Shown here in pieces: positions 16,244-24,627 of a stretch of DNA of 41,117 bases. The notes below the pieces were generated by a model, which was not told the DNA's origin, searched no databases, and saw only the letters and a list, made by a program, of their open reading frames with translations. This DNA comes from a virus (Duplodnaviria > Caudoviricetes): IMG/VR virus record IMGVR_UViG_3300043602_000024, positions 1 to 41,117 of that record; one strand, written 5' to 3'. The position numbers and the translations under genes are program-made. Each line of letters opens with the position of its first letter. The stretch's first letter is position 1.

Positions 16244-16453
16244 ATGAGTCGTAGAGTCACCAACGGTCGGCCTCCTCTCAGCCGTCGGCTCTGTGCCGTC
16301 CCGACCTGCGAGCGTGTGGCGTGTTGTTCCTCTTGGCGCGGCCGGTGGGTGGTGTTCTGCACCTGGTGCTGGATAGCCGAGTATCGGCGGCGTCATGCTG
16401 CCTTGACGCCGGAAGCCTTGTCGGCAACAATGAGCCGCCCTTATGAGCAGTAA
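16244..16453 (+). CDS. Small Cys-rich hypothetical protein
   Basis: CAVPTC and CTWC motifs; overlaps the next start. Confidence 0.5.
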   Translation: MSRRVTNGRPPLSRRLCAVPTCERVACCSSWRGRWVVFCTWCWIAEYRRRHAALTPEALSATMSRPYEQ

Positions 16454-16799
16454 CGCCCAACGCGGAGCCCGAGCGAAGAGCCGGACGAAGAAGTATCTCG
16501 AAGGTCTCGGCTATCAGGTGGGCGGTCTCGAGATGGTGCGCTGGATTGTGCGGCCAGGCAGGACGCCGGTCCCGATCAAGCATGACCAGTTTGCGTCTGA
16601 CCTCCTTGCGGTCAATCGTGACGGCGTGTTGTTCGTCCAAGTGAAGTCTGGAGCCGCGGCCATCGGCGGGACGTTCCCCGATGCCCGTCGTAAGTTCTCG
16701 GCGTTCCCATGTCCATTAGGGGCACGACAGGTCGTGATTGCGTGGCCTCCTCGAGCGCGTCAACCGCGGATTGTTGATTGCGGGGTGCCGAGTGTCTAG
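16443..16799 (+). CDS. Hjc-like PD-(D/E)XK nuclease/Holliday junction resolvase
   Basis: KKYLEGLGYQV, DLLAV and LFVQVKS motifs. Confidence 0.8.
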   Translation: MSSNAQRGARAKSRTKKYLEGLGYQVGGLEMVRWIVRPGRTPVPIKHDQFASDLLAVNRDGVLFVQVKSGAAAIGGTFPDARRKFSAFPCPLGARQVVIAWPPRARQPRIVDCGVPSV

Positions 16800-17430
16800 G
16801 TCTCAAACATATCTACTGACGGTTGATGACCCCATGTCGATGTGGTTGACGTTTAAGGTGTGCAAAAAATGTCACCGTGTTTTGCAGTTATTCCATTTCC
16901 ATGTGGCTAAATTGGGCCTGTATGGTCGCGTGGCGGTGTGTCGTGAGTGCCGTAAAAACAACGAGCATGAGCGCCAGTTAGCGAATATTCGCTCTCGGAA
17001 GTGGTCCGATGCGAATCCTGACCGTGTGAGAAAAAATGCGCGAGAGTGGCGACGTTCTCGTGCGGCTGAGTTCAATGCAAAGCGGCGGGCTGTCTATGTG
17101 CCAGGTTCGATGACTCGGTGGGCACGAGAGCATCCTGAGCGTCGTAGGGAATACAGGAAAACCAACGCGATTAAACGTCGGGCCTGCAAGTTAGGTTCTG
17201 TGGTGACACACACCACGCTGGAATGGCATGACCTGCTTGAGAAATACGAACATCGGTGTTTAGCGTGCGGTGCGAGTGGCCGACTATCTAGAGATCACGT
17301 GGTTCCGCTGACTCGTGGCGGTAGTAACGGCATCGACAATATTCAGCCGCTTTGCGGCCGATGCAATTCAAAGAAGGGAGTTCAAACGATTGACTACCGA
17401 CCTACGGACGATCAAGTTAGGCGGGTTTGA
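16792..17430 (+). CDS. HNH homing endonuclease
   Basis: CKKC/CREC finger; CLACG...DHVVPLTRGGSNGIDNIQPLCGRCNSKK; lower GC than surroundings. Start uncertain (16792 GTG or 16834 ATG). Confidence 0.92.
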   Translation: MSRSQTYLLTVDDPMSMWLTFKVCKKCHRVLQLFHFHVAKLGLYGRVAVCRECRKNNEHERQLANIRSRKWSDANPDRVRKNAREWRRSRAAEFNAKRRAVYVPGSMTRWAREHPERRREYRKTNAIKRRACKLGSVVTHTTLEWHDLLEKYEHRCLACGASGRLSRDHVVPLTRGGSNGIDNIQPLCGRCNSKKGVQTIDYRPTDDQVRRV

Positions 17431-18304
17431 ACTTACCCAGACGGGTGTTCAGATTCACGGCAAGCCTGAATGGGATGATTTTTGTGGCGCGTTTGATTTT
17501 GTTACCAAATCTCATCGTGCGTCTGGTTTTTGGCTGTGTGATCTGATCACATATGCCGATTCACGGCCAGAATGGTATGAATTGGCTGATTCAGTGATCG
17601 ACCACGAATACCTCACCGAAGCATCAATCCGACAATACCGTTACTTAGGAAAAGCTATTCCGCCCAATCAGCGGGTGGTTGGGATTGGGTTCGGCCATCA
17701 CGCCGAGGTCGCCTCTTTGCCTCAAGACCAGCGTGTGCAGTGGCTCGAGAAGGCCAAGACCGAGGGCTGGACGCAGCGGGAACTGCGGCAGCAGGTCAGG
17801 GTCTCAAAACAGGCCATGCTGATGTCGATGGAGCAGGAGCCGTCTGAGCGGTTCCGTGTGGTCGTCGTCGAGCCGTCCTGGGGGTCTACGACCGTGCAGG
17901 ACATCTGCGGCTTGCCGGTAGGCCCTAAGACCCTCGATGACGCCGTGCTCTTCCTGTGGGTCCCTACGAGCCGCCTCATGGCCGTGCCAGAGATTCTCGA
18001 GGCGTGGGGGTTCACCTATCAGACCTCATTCGTCTGGCATCAAGTCACCGAGATGAAGACCTCGTATCTCGCGGTGGCTCACGAGACCCTCGTGATTGCG
18101 ACCAAGGGCGTCTGCGAGCCGGTCAACTGCAGTCTCCACTCGGTGCAGACGTTTCGCCGGCATGGGGTGACTGGTCCTAAGCCCTCTGAGTTTCTCGACC
18201 TCGTGGAGAAGATGTATCCCGTCGGGCCTTATGCCTCAATCGGTGGCCTTGAAGGTCGGCTGGACTGGGCGCTGCACTCAATGGTCTCGTTTGCGGAGGG
18301 CTGA
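17390..18304 (+). CDS. LmbU-like DNA-binding domain fused to a degenerate MT-A70 methyltransferase fold
   Basis: FWLCDLI...FGHHAEVASLP...WLEKA...GWTQRELR (LmbU-like); DDAVLFLW, EAWGFTY and HE.LVIATKG (MT-A70); EPSW replaces DPPW. TTG start after GGGAG. Confidence 0.8.
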   Translation: MTTDLRTIKLGGFELTQTGVQIHGKPEWDDFCGAFDFVTKSHRASGFWLCDLITYADSRPEWYELADSVIDHEYLTEASIRQYRYLGKAIPPNQRVVGIGFGHHAEVASLPQDQRVQWLEKAKTEGWTQRELRQQVRVSKQAMLMSMEQEPSERFRVVVVEPSWGSTTVQDICGLPVGPKTLDDAVLFLWVPTSRLMAVPEILEAWGFTYQTSFVWHQVTEMKTSYLAVAHETLVIATKGVCEPVNCSLHSVQTFRRHGVTGPKPSEFLDLVEKMYPVGPYASIGGLEGRLDWALHSMVSFAEG

Positions 18305-18609
18305 TGCCGAAGCGGTTATACCCGTCGCATATGTGCGTGAACTGCAAGACGAAGTATCGGCACGACTACGGATTGTGCCGGTCCTGCTTTATGAGCGAGG
18401 CGGGAGATGCCCGCAGAGCCTTCCTGGCTGAGCAGGAGCGACGACTGAAGCAGGAAGAGCGTGAGAGCCTCGACCTCCTCGAGCGACGCCTTCCAGCGCC
18501 TGTGGGGCCGCTGAGAACGATCGTGGTGCGCGGGCAAGAGTTCTTCGTCATGTGGGATGGATCTGGCATTCAAGAAACGTCAAGCCAGCTTGATACGGAG
18601 GGCCGATGA
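18304..18609 (+). CDS. Zinc-finger hypothetical protein
   Basis: CVNC and GLCRSCF motifs; TGATG coupling. Confidence 0.7.
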   Translation: MPKRLYPSHMCVNCKTKYRHDYGLCRSCFMSEAGDARRAFLAEQERRLKQEERESLDLLERRLPAPVGPLRTIVVRGQEFFVMWDGSGIQETSSQLDTEGR

Positions 18610-18809
18610 TTCGCGTGCTGATTGCCGTGAAGGTCTTTGATACCGGAGGGATTGAACGAGTCCAAGCCGTCGATTGGGCCGAGTTCAAGGCCGACCTGCC
18701 CTCTGAGCAAGACCTCAGAGACGGGCTGGTGAATGAACTGGCGCAGGACATCTGCGAGAACGGGATTCGGGATATGACCGCGGCGGTTAAGGCGTTGCTC
18801 CCGAAATGA
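18606..18809 (+). CDS. Hypothetical protein
   Basis: GGAGG SD; ATGA overlaps at both ends. Confidence 0.7.
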   Translation: MIRVLIAVKVFDTGGIERVQAVDWAEFKADLPSEQDLRDGLVNELAQDICENGIRDMTAAVKALLPK

Positions 18810-19012
18810 CCCGACCATTCCTCGTCCAAGCCTATACGCACCGTCAATCAGCGAACTGGGTCACAGACAGCCGCCACGAGACCGAAGCGGAAGCGACCGC
18901 GGCCGCAGAGCGGTTGAGAGTGGAGTGGGGAAGAACGGTCAGGGTCGTCAATCAAGACGAGCGGGTCTTGTGGCGAGCCGGGACGTATCGGGAAGCCGCA
19001 CGGAAACCTTAG
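18806..19012 (+). CDS. Hypothetical protein
   Basis: ATGA overlap; fills the operon. Confidence 0.65.
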   Translation: MTRPFLVQAYTHRQSANWVTDSRHETEAEATAAAERLRVEWGRTVRVVNQDERVLWRAGTYREAARKP

Positions 19013-19020
19013 GAGGAACT

Positions 19021-19161
19021 ATGTTCTGGATTCAAGTGTTGAAATACGGCGTGATTGCGGGTCTGGCGTGGACGAGCGGCTATATGTTCAGGGACGCCCA
19101 AGGCGAGCGGATTGCGCCCTCGATGTGCGGGGAAGCGCCCTGCACCGGAGGGAGCTGGTAG
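19021..19161 (+). CDS. Small membrane protein (46 aa)
   Basis: AGGAGG SD; MFWIQVLKYGVIAGLAW hydrophobic start. Confidence 0.6.
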   Translation: MFWIQVLKYGVIAGLAWTSGYMFRDAQGERIAPSMCGEAPCTGGSW

Positions 19162-20856
19162 ATGCCCTCTTACAACCGTCGTGGCGACCTCCTCGCCTCG
19201 AGCCCGTCCAGCGGGGAGATTGTCTACTGGCCGCAGGGCTTCGTGGGCAGTCCGCACGAGATGGTCAAGATTGGGCCGAATCTTGGGCCTGGGGCGTGGT
19301 TATCCGACGACGAGGTGATCTACCAGAACAACAACGCCACGCAGTCCTTCCTCGAGATTTACGACACCAGGACGGAACGTCGACATGACGCTGAGACGAC
19401 CCACAAAGGGGCGACGACCCTCGTGGCGGATAGTCACCTCTGGGCGGCGTATCTCGCCTCTGGAGCCCTCACCACCCGGTTCTCGACCGATGTGGTCTTG
19501 ACGCAGACGATGCCCTTGTCCATCTCGGCTATCGACAAGAGCGCCGTCTTACGAGACTGGGCCGGGACCTCCGTCTGGCAAGCCAGCGTCGAGACCGGGG
19601 CGGTGATGAAGATCCTGTCAGCCGGGTCAGGCCGAGCCGCCTGTCAGGACAACGGCGAGTGTTTCTGGCAACTTGAGGATCTGTCGGTCTGGTGGAACGG
19701 CCAACAGGTCATGCTCCCCATCTCAGCCTCGAAGCTCTGCGACGTGGTGCGGATAGGTGGGATTCCATGGCTCATCCTGCAGGGCCAAGAGTCCTACGCT
19801 TACGCTATTGGCCTCGATGACCCGTCGAAGGGCTTCAAGTTTGGCGAGGTGACGGCGTTTCAACCCTCGGGCTGGTTCAACCCGGCAGACGGGCAACTGA
19901 GACTAGCCAGCGCCTCAACAGCCGGCGAGTCCTGGGCGAGTGTGAGCGAGACTCGCGTATTCCCGACCGAGCGCGTGCCTCTTGGCCCTCCGGTGCCGAC
20001 GGCAAAACCGTTTCAGGCGTGGCCGATGAAAGCCTTTGTCGGGGCGTTCTTCTGCTACTCAGAGAAATACGGACCGACGCCGGAGCTCTTCGGGAACATC
20101 CAGATCATCGTGGACGACGAGACCGACCAAGACGCGATCTACAAGACCTTGGCCTATGTCGAGTCGAAAGGCATCTTCCCGCTGATCATCGGGGATACAC
20201 ACCCTGGTCATCCTCCGCTGAAACTGACCCAATGGCAGGCGAGCGTTTCTCTTGGCTGGTTTGCCTCAGGGGGCGATATGGACGCCCTCAAGGCCAGTGT
20301 GCAGCGGGTCCAGGCGAGGAACTACGGGCAAGGCCAAGGTCAATTCACGTTGGCGTATCTCGACCGCGGCGACCGCTCGTGGTGGGGCACCTCGAGACCG
20401 TCTTGGCTGACTGATGACTGTCTGCCGACGTTCCAGATGTATCCCCGTGCCGGCGAGTCACTCGCGGCGTTTGAACAGCGGATGGTCGACATGATCGAGC
20501 CGGTGTCCCATTGGGGGCTCTCGGTGGCGTGTGTGCCGCGGTTCGACTGCGTGCCCTCAGAGCAAGTCATTCTCGCCTCGATGCCCGTCTATGAGCGTCT
20601 CATCCGTCGCTATCGGCCTGGGGGGATCTACCTGTTCTCCGACGGTCGCGGGTCGGGGATGCGGCAGACACCATCACTCAAGCAACAAGGCGACCTGTTT
20701 TGGGCCGCTGTGCCTGAACGTCCAAGCCGCTATGACTACTTCATCCCTCGCGGCATGACCCCCACCGAGGTCATTAAGAAGAAGCTCGCGCAGGACATCA
20801 GCCTGTATTTCCTGACCGCTGCCGAGCGGACCAAGATAGTTATTGACCTCAAATAG
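19162..20856 (+). CDS. Two-domain hypothetical protein (beta-propeller-like N-half, alpha/beta C-half)
   Basis: 564 aa, GGAG SD, Pro-rich linker VPLGPPVPTAKP. Confidence 0.6.
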   Translation: MPSYNRRGDLLASSPSSGEIVYWPQGFVGSPHEMVKIGPNLGPGAWLSDDEVIYQNNNATQSFLEIYDTRTERRHDAETTHKGATTLVADSHLWAAYLASGALTTRFSTDVVLTQTMPLSISAIDKSAVLRDWAGTSVWQASVETGAVMKILSAGSGRAACQDNGECFWQLEDLSVWWNGQQVMLPISASKLCDVVRIGGIPWLILQGQESYAYAIGLDDPSKGFKFGEVTAFQPSGWFNPADGQLRLASASTAGESWASVSETRVFPTERVPLGPPVPTAKPFQAWPMKAFVGAFFCYSEKYGPTPELFGNIQIIVDDETDQDAIYKTLAYVESKGIFPLIIGDTHPGHPPLKLTQWQASVSLGWFASGGDMDALKASVQRVQARNYGQGQGQFTLAYLDRGDRSWWGTSRPSWLTDDCLPTFQMYPRAGESLAAFEQRMVDMIEPVSHWGLSVACVPRFDCVPSEQVILASMPVYERLIRRYRPGGIYLFSDGRGSGMRQTPSLKQQGDLFWAAVPERPSRYDYFIPRGMTPTEVIKKKLAQDISLYFLTAAERTKIVIDLK

Positions 20857-20878
20857 GCTTATGGACTACAACTAGGCC

Positions 20879-21031
20879 ATGAAAGCCTGCACACACAAGC
20901 GCGGCGAGTATTCAGACACCTACCAGCACTGTCTTGACTGCGGTCGTGAGGTGGTGCTGATCGGCGGCGTCTGGTTCGAGGTTGAGGCGTGGATTCAGGT
21001 CAGCACGGCACTGTTGCAGGGCGAGCGGTAG
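20879..21031 (+). CDS. Small Cys/His protein (50 aa; below the ORF-track cutoff)
   Basis: Manual translation gives MKACTHKRGEYSDTYQHCLDCGREVV... Confidence 0.5.
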   Translation: MKACTHKRGEYSDTYQHCLDCGREVVLIGGVWFEVEAWIQVSTALLQGER

Positions 21032-21060
21032 GGGGATGGCGTGTCGTGACGGCGCGTCAC

Positions 21061-21382
21061 CGGACGGGCAGGGCTGAGCAACGTGAAAGTGAGGATCGTA
21101 TGTGCGTCGTGTCGATGATCATGGATCACTATCAGGAGAAGTGGACGCCACTGGTGCCAGCCGTGCAACCGTGGCCGTTTGTAATCACGCCAGTCAATAC
21201 GCAGACGCCTATTACCGATGCCGAGATCGTGGAGTTCAGAAAACTGCTCGACCGCGCCCGCGAATACGACAAGCGCAACAATGAGCCCGATTGTGAACTC
21301 GACGCGAAGGTGCAAGCACTGAAGCAACTCGCCAAGGTGCTTGGCGTTGAACTTGGACTATAGCGGACGGGCAGGGCTGAGC
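21061..21382 (+). repeat. 19-bp direct repeats flanking one gene
   Basis: cggacgggcagggctgagc at 21061-21079 and 21364-21382. Confidence 0.9.
21100..21363 (+). CDS. Hypothetical phage protein (MCVVSMI...EPDCE)
   Basis: GAGG SD; lies between the direct repeats. Confidence 0.8.
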   Translation: MCVVSMIMDHYQEKWTPLVPAVQPWPFVITPVNTQTPITDAEIVEFRKLLDRAREYDKRNNEPDCELDAKVQALKQLAKVLGVELGL

Positions 21383-21393
21383 GAGGAGCGACC

Positions 21394-21888
21394 ATGAGCG
21401 ACACGACCCTACGGGAGCAGGCGAGCGAGCGGCTGACGGATGAGGTGCTTCGGCGCGTGGGCCGCGAGTGGTATGCGTCACGGCCCCTGCAATATGACTC
21501 CATGCTGACCGCCATCCTTGCCGCCCTCCAGCCGCTGTTCGATCAGGTGGAGCGAGAGAAGGCAGACGTGTTGGCGTATGGCTTGAAGGTGAACGCGGCC
21601 CTTGGCGAGACTGAACGAGAGCGCGACGACCTGCGGGCGAAGCTCACGCAGGCCGAGCAGTCGCTGTCATGGCACACACGAGCCGCAGCGGTGCGCTATC
21701 AGCACGAGGCGGACAACAGAACTAAGGCCGCATTGGTCGATGCCCTGCTGGCGGTAGAACCACTCGTCTGCGCGTTAGTGGAGCGCACCGCTAGTGACGA
21801 TGCTGACGAATTGACGGTGGCCGAGGCGGTGGGCGCGATTCACGTCGCCTTCCAGCGTGCCGCCCTGGACCGGAGCGTGACCCCATGA
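21394..21888 (+). CDS. Coiled-coil hypothetical protein
   Basis: GAGGAG SD; heptad pattern. Confidence 0.7.
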   Translation: MSDTTLREQASERLTDEVLRRVGREWYASRPLQYDSMLTAILAALQPLFDQVEREKADVLAYGLKVNAALGETERERDDLRAKLTQAEQSLSWHTRAAAVRYQHEADNRTKAALVDALLAVEPLVCALVERTASDDADELTVAEAVGAIHVAFQRAALDRSVTP

Positions 21889-22541
21889 GCGCCCCGATGA
21901 CCCTCACCGAGCGACTCACGGCGGCGCTGCCTCGTGACGTGCTGGTCAAAGCGCAATGGGCGCTGAACTACGGGTGGCAGACTGGCAACGGCGACGAGGC
22001 GTATGCCGCCATGCGTGCCGTGCTCATCGCCGCGCTCCTGCCGGTGCTGGAGGAGTCACGCAGCGATGACGAACATCGTGGCCTGGAAACCCGCCTGAGT
22101 GCTATCGATGCGCTCTCAAAGTTTCAGTGGACGCCAGCGGAGGGGCCGACGCCTGCGCCGGGTGACGCGCTAGGCACGATAGAAACGACATGGCGCAGTG
22201 CCGCGTTGCGTGTCGGAGAGATGCTGTTGAGTGTTGGTCCTGCTGGCTATTACGGGATGACGGCTGACCAATGGCTATGGTGGGCGCTTCACGCTATGAA
22301 GGCCGCACCCCCGGACGACACGCTGGCCCGCGTGGCCCGGATGACAACCGACGAATTGACCAAGATGTTCGTGGTGCTAGCCGAGCGTGGCGTGCTCGAC
22401 CTGATGGTGTCGTGCGGCGGCAAGACCTACACGCACGTCAAGGACATTCCAGAAGCCGAGTTCGACCCCAACAACTGCTTCATGTGGTTCTCACCCGCCG
22501 AGCATGAGGCCGTGCGGCCTGACGCCCCTGAGGTAAAATAG
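21885..22541 (+). CDS. Mosaic hypothetical protein
   Basis: ATGA overlap; short segments separated by Pro-rich linkers. Confidence 0.65.
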   Translation: MSAPMTLTERLTAALPRDVLVKAQWALNYGWQTGNGDEAYAAMRAVLIAALLPVLEESRSDDEHRGLETRLSAIDALSKFQWTPAEGPTPAPGDALGTIETTWRSAALRVGEMLLSVGPAGYYGMTADQWLWWALHAMKAAPPDDTLARVARMTTDELTKMFVVLAERGVLDLMVSCGGKTYTHVKDIPEAEFDPNNCFMWFSPAEHEAVRPDAPEVK

Positions 22542-22548
22542 GACGCCG

Positions 22549-24063
22549 ATGCCGCAAGGCCAGAGCTGGTTTGATCGGATCTTCAGTGCCCCACCCTCGT
22601 CGCAGGGCCTGCCGGCGTTGTCCCAGACGCCGCTCGAGCAGACCAATCCAGGCTTAGCGAAACTGCGAGACCTGATCGGCGGCTTTATAGGGTCTCAAGA
22701 CGCCTTGACGCCGACGAGCTCAGGCGCGACGTTGACCGGGGCGGCGATGGCGTCACTGATTCCCCTCGCCGGAGTGCTCAAGATGGGCCAAGGTGAACAA
22801 GCCGCGGTGAAGGGCATCAAGGCGTATCACGGCTCTCCCCATGATTTCGACAAGTTCTCCATGCAGAAGATTGGGACCGGGGAAGGGGCGCAAGCCTACG
22901 GGCATGGGCTGTATTTCGCTGAAAATCCGCAAGTGGCCGCTGACTATCGTAAAAGTCTCTCCAGTCCGTCGGCGGATAATCCGATATGGCGGTTACGTGG
23001 TGAGCCAGTTGCTCCAGGAACTGACCAGTATCAGCTTGCGGCTGCGTTAGAGTTAGCGGGTCGACAAAAGAAGGGTGAATCAATCGAAGAGTTTTTACGA
23101 CGTGGTGCTGATCGTCTTGAGGACCACGGGGCGTTTGTTGATCGGACGTATGGCGGTGACCCTGGGAATATGTATCGGGCTCACGCCGCTAGGTTGCGTG
23201 CCGTTGATCCTAAAGACTTAACGCAGCATCAACCCGGCAAGACCTACGAAGTCGCCATCAAGGCCGACCCTGACGAGTTCCTGCACTGGGATAAACCGAT
23301 TGCCGATCATCCCGTCGCGCAGAAGATCGTGGCTGAGTCGAAGCGTAGCGGCCTTGGATATACCCGGAGTCCAAGCGGTTACGGCGATGACAATGAGTTC
23401 AAGAGTCTCGTCAAGTGGGAGCCAGACGCAAAGAGCGACTGGAATACGATTCAGGATCTACGGACGAAGTGGCTGACCCTTAACAAGACCTATCAAACTT
23501 CCGGCTACAAGAAAGAGCATCAAGCGGCGTCAGAGGCTGCGTATGAGGCGTATTCTACATTTCTGGACCGTCAACAGCAGACGACCGGAAAGTGGGTATT
23601 AAGGCCAGACGCAACCGGGGCAGACTTCTATAAGACCCTTGTGGCGTCTCACGGCATGGACCCTCAGGCTGCGACCGAGATGCTTCGTAAGGCTGGCATC
23701 AAGGGCATCAAGTATCTCGACCAAGGGAGCCGGTCAGCATACGCGCCTAATATCCAAGTGCTAAAGGATCGGGTCACTGATCGTCAAGGTGCGTTGAAGG
23801 TATTCCAGGACCGTCTAGCGAAGCCGTCGTCTGAGCGTATGCGCCTCTCTTTAGAGGCCGACGCCGCGAAGGCGAAGCGCGATCTCGAGTCGGCTCAGTT
23901 GCATTTAGAAGTGGCTGAACGTCAACCGCCAGTGACCCATAACTATGTCGTCTTTGACGATCAGCTTATCGACATCATGAAGAAGTATGGCGTGGCCCTC
24001 CCGGTCGCCGCGACGATCAAGGCGTGGCGAGAGAGTCAACAACCGAAGGCGAAAGGCTCCTAG
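22549..24063 (+). CDS. ART-PolyVal-like ADP-ribosyltransferase-fold protein
   Basis: AYHGSPHDFDKF, IGTGEGAQAYGHGLYFAE, YEV, GIKGIKYLD and NYVVFDD motifs. Confidence 0.8.
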   Translation: MPQGQSWFDRIFSAPPSSQGLPALSQTPLEQTNPGLAKLRDLIGGFIGSQDALTPTSSGATLTGAAMASLIPLAGVLKMGQGEQAAVKGIKAYHGSPHDFDKFSMQKIGTGEGAQAYGHGLYFAENPQVAADYRKSLSSPSADNPIWRLRGEPVAPGTDQYQLAAALELAGRQKKGESIEEFLRRGADRLEDHGAFVDRTYGGDPGNMYRAHAARLRAVDPKDLTQHQPGKTYEVAIKADPDEFLHWDKPIADHPVAQKIVAESKRSGLGYTRSPSGYGDDNEFKSLVKWEPDAKSDWNTIQDLRTKWLTLNKTYQTSGYKKEHQAASEAAYEAYSTFLDRQQQTTGKWVLRPDATGADFYKTLVASHGMDPQAATEMLRKAGIKGIKYLDQGSRSAYAPNIQVLKDRVTDRQGALKVFQDRLAKPSSERMRLSLEADAAKAKRDLESAQLHLEVAERQPPVTHNYVVFDDQLIDIMKKYGVALPVAATIKAWRESQQPKAKGS

Positions 24064-24237
24064 ATGATTACCCTGATTCTCTACCTCGCGGTCATTGGCG
24101 TGATTGTCTACCTGCTCGAGACGTATGTCCCGATGCCGCAACCGTTCAAGATTGCCATTCGGGTGATTGTCGTGGTCTGCGTCGTGCTCTACCTCGTCCA
24201 GCTCTTCGGGTTAGACTTGCCCTTACCTCGGCGATAA
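24064..24237 (+). CDS. Small two-TM membrane protein (Thivi_2564-like; below the ORF-track cutoff)
   Basis: Manual translation gives MITLILYLAVIGVIVYLLETYVPMPQPFKIAIRVIVVVCVVLYLVQLFG... Confidence 0.8.
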   Translation: MITLILYLAVIGVIVYLLETYVPMPQPFKIAIRVIVVVCVVLYLVQLFGLDLPLPRR

Positions 24238-24243
24238 TGCGCC

Positions 24244-24591
24244 ATGTGGCCGTGGCAGAGACTTCGCCGCGTCGACCGTCATGTTGACCTGATAATGCTC
24301 AGATTGGAGATGCTCATGAAAGCCGACCAGCAAGTGCTCGAGGCCCTCGCGAAGCTGAACGAGACGACGAACCAAATGGCCGCAGCCGAAGAGGCCCAGA
24401 CCGCCGTCCTGATTGAAATCGCCGCCGACATCGACACCCTCTTGGCTGGAGGCTCTGACACCGGACTCTCCGACGATACCCAGGCGCAACTCGCCAGCTT
24501 CTCCGACCGTCTCAAGGCTGTGGCCGAGTTCGAGACCGCGCAGGTCGACACCCTCAAGAGCATCGCCGCGAAGAATGACCCTGTGGCCTAA
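24244..24591 (+). CDS. Acidic coiled-coil protein
   Basis: Heptad helices. Start uncertain: an internal GGAG precedes the downstream Met codons. Confidence 0.7.
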   Translation: MWPWQRLRRVDRHVDLIMLRLEMLMKADQQVLEALAKLNETTNQMAAAEEAQTAVLIEIAADIDTLLAGGSDTGLSDDTQAQLASFSDRLKAVAEFETAQVDTLKSIAAKNDPVA

Positions 24592-24627
24592 CGTCAAGAT
24601 AACTTGACGTAGGTTTCTTAGGTTTCA
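24587..24627. promoter_or_regulatory. Palindrome ACGTCAAG-ATAA-CTTGACGT plus TAGGTTTC x2 before terS
   Basis: Seen directly; shares half-sites with the intragenic palindromes. Confidence 0.55.

Noticed and set aside
16235-16257. TTGACA promoter after the origin
   Set aside because: The nearest -10-like TAGAGT is only 11 bp away; no properly spaced -10 was found.
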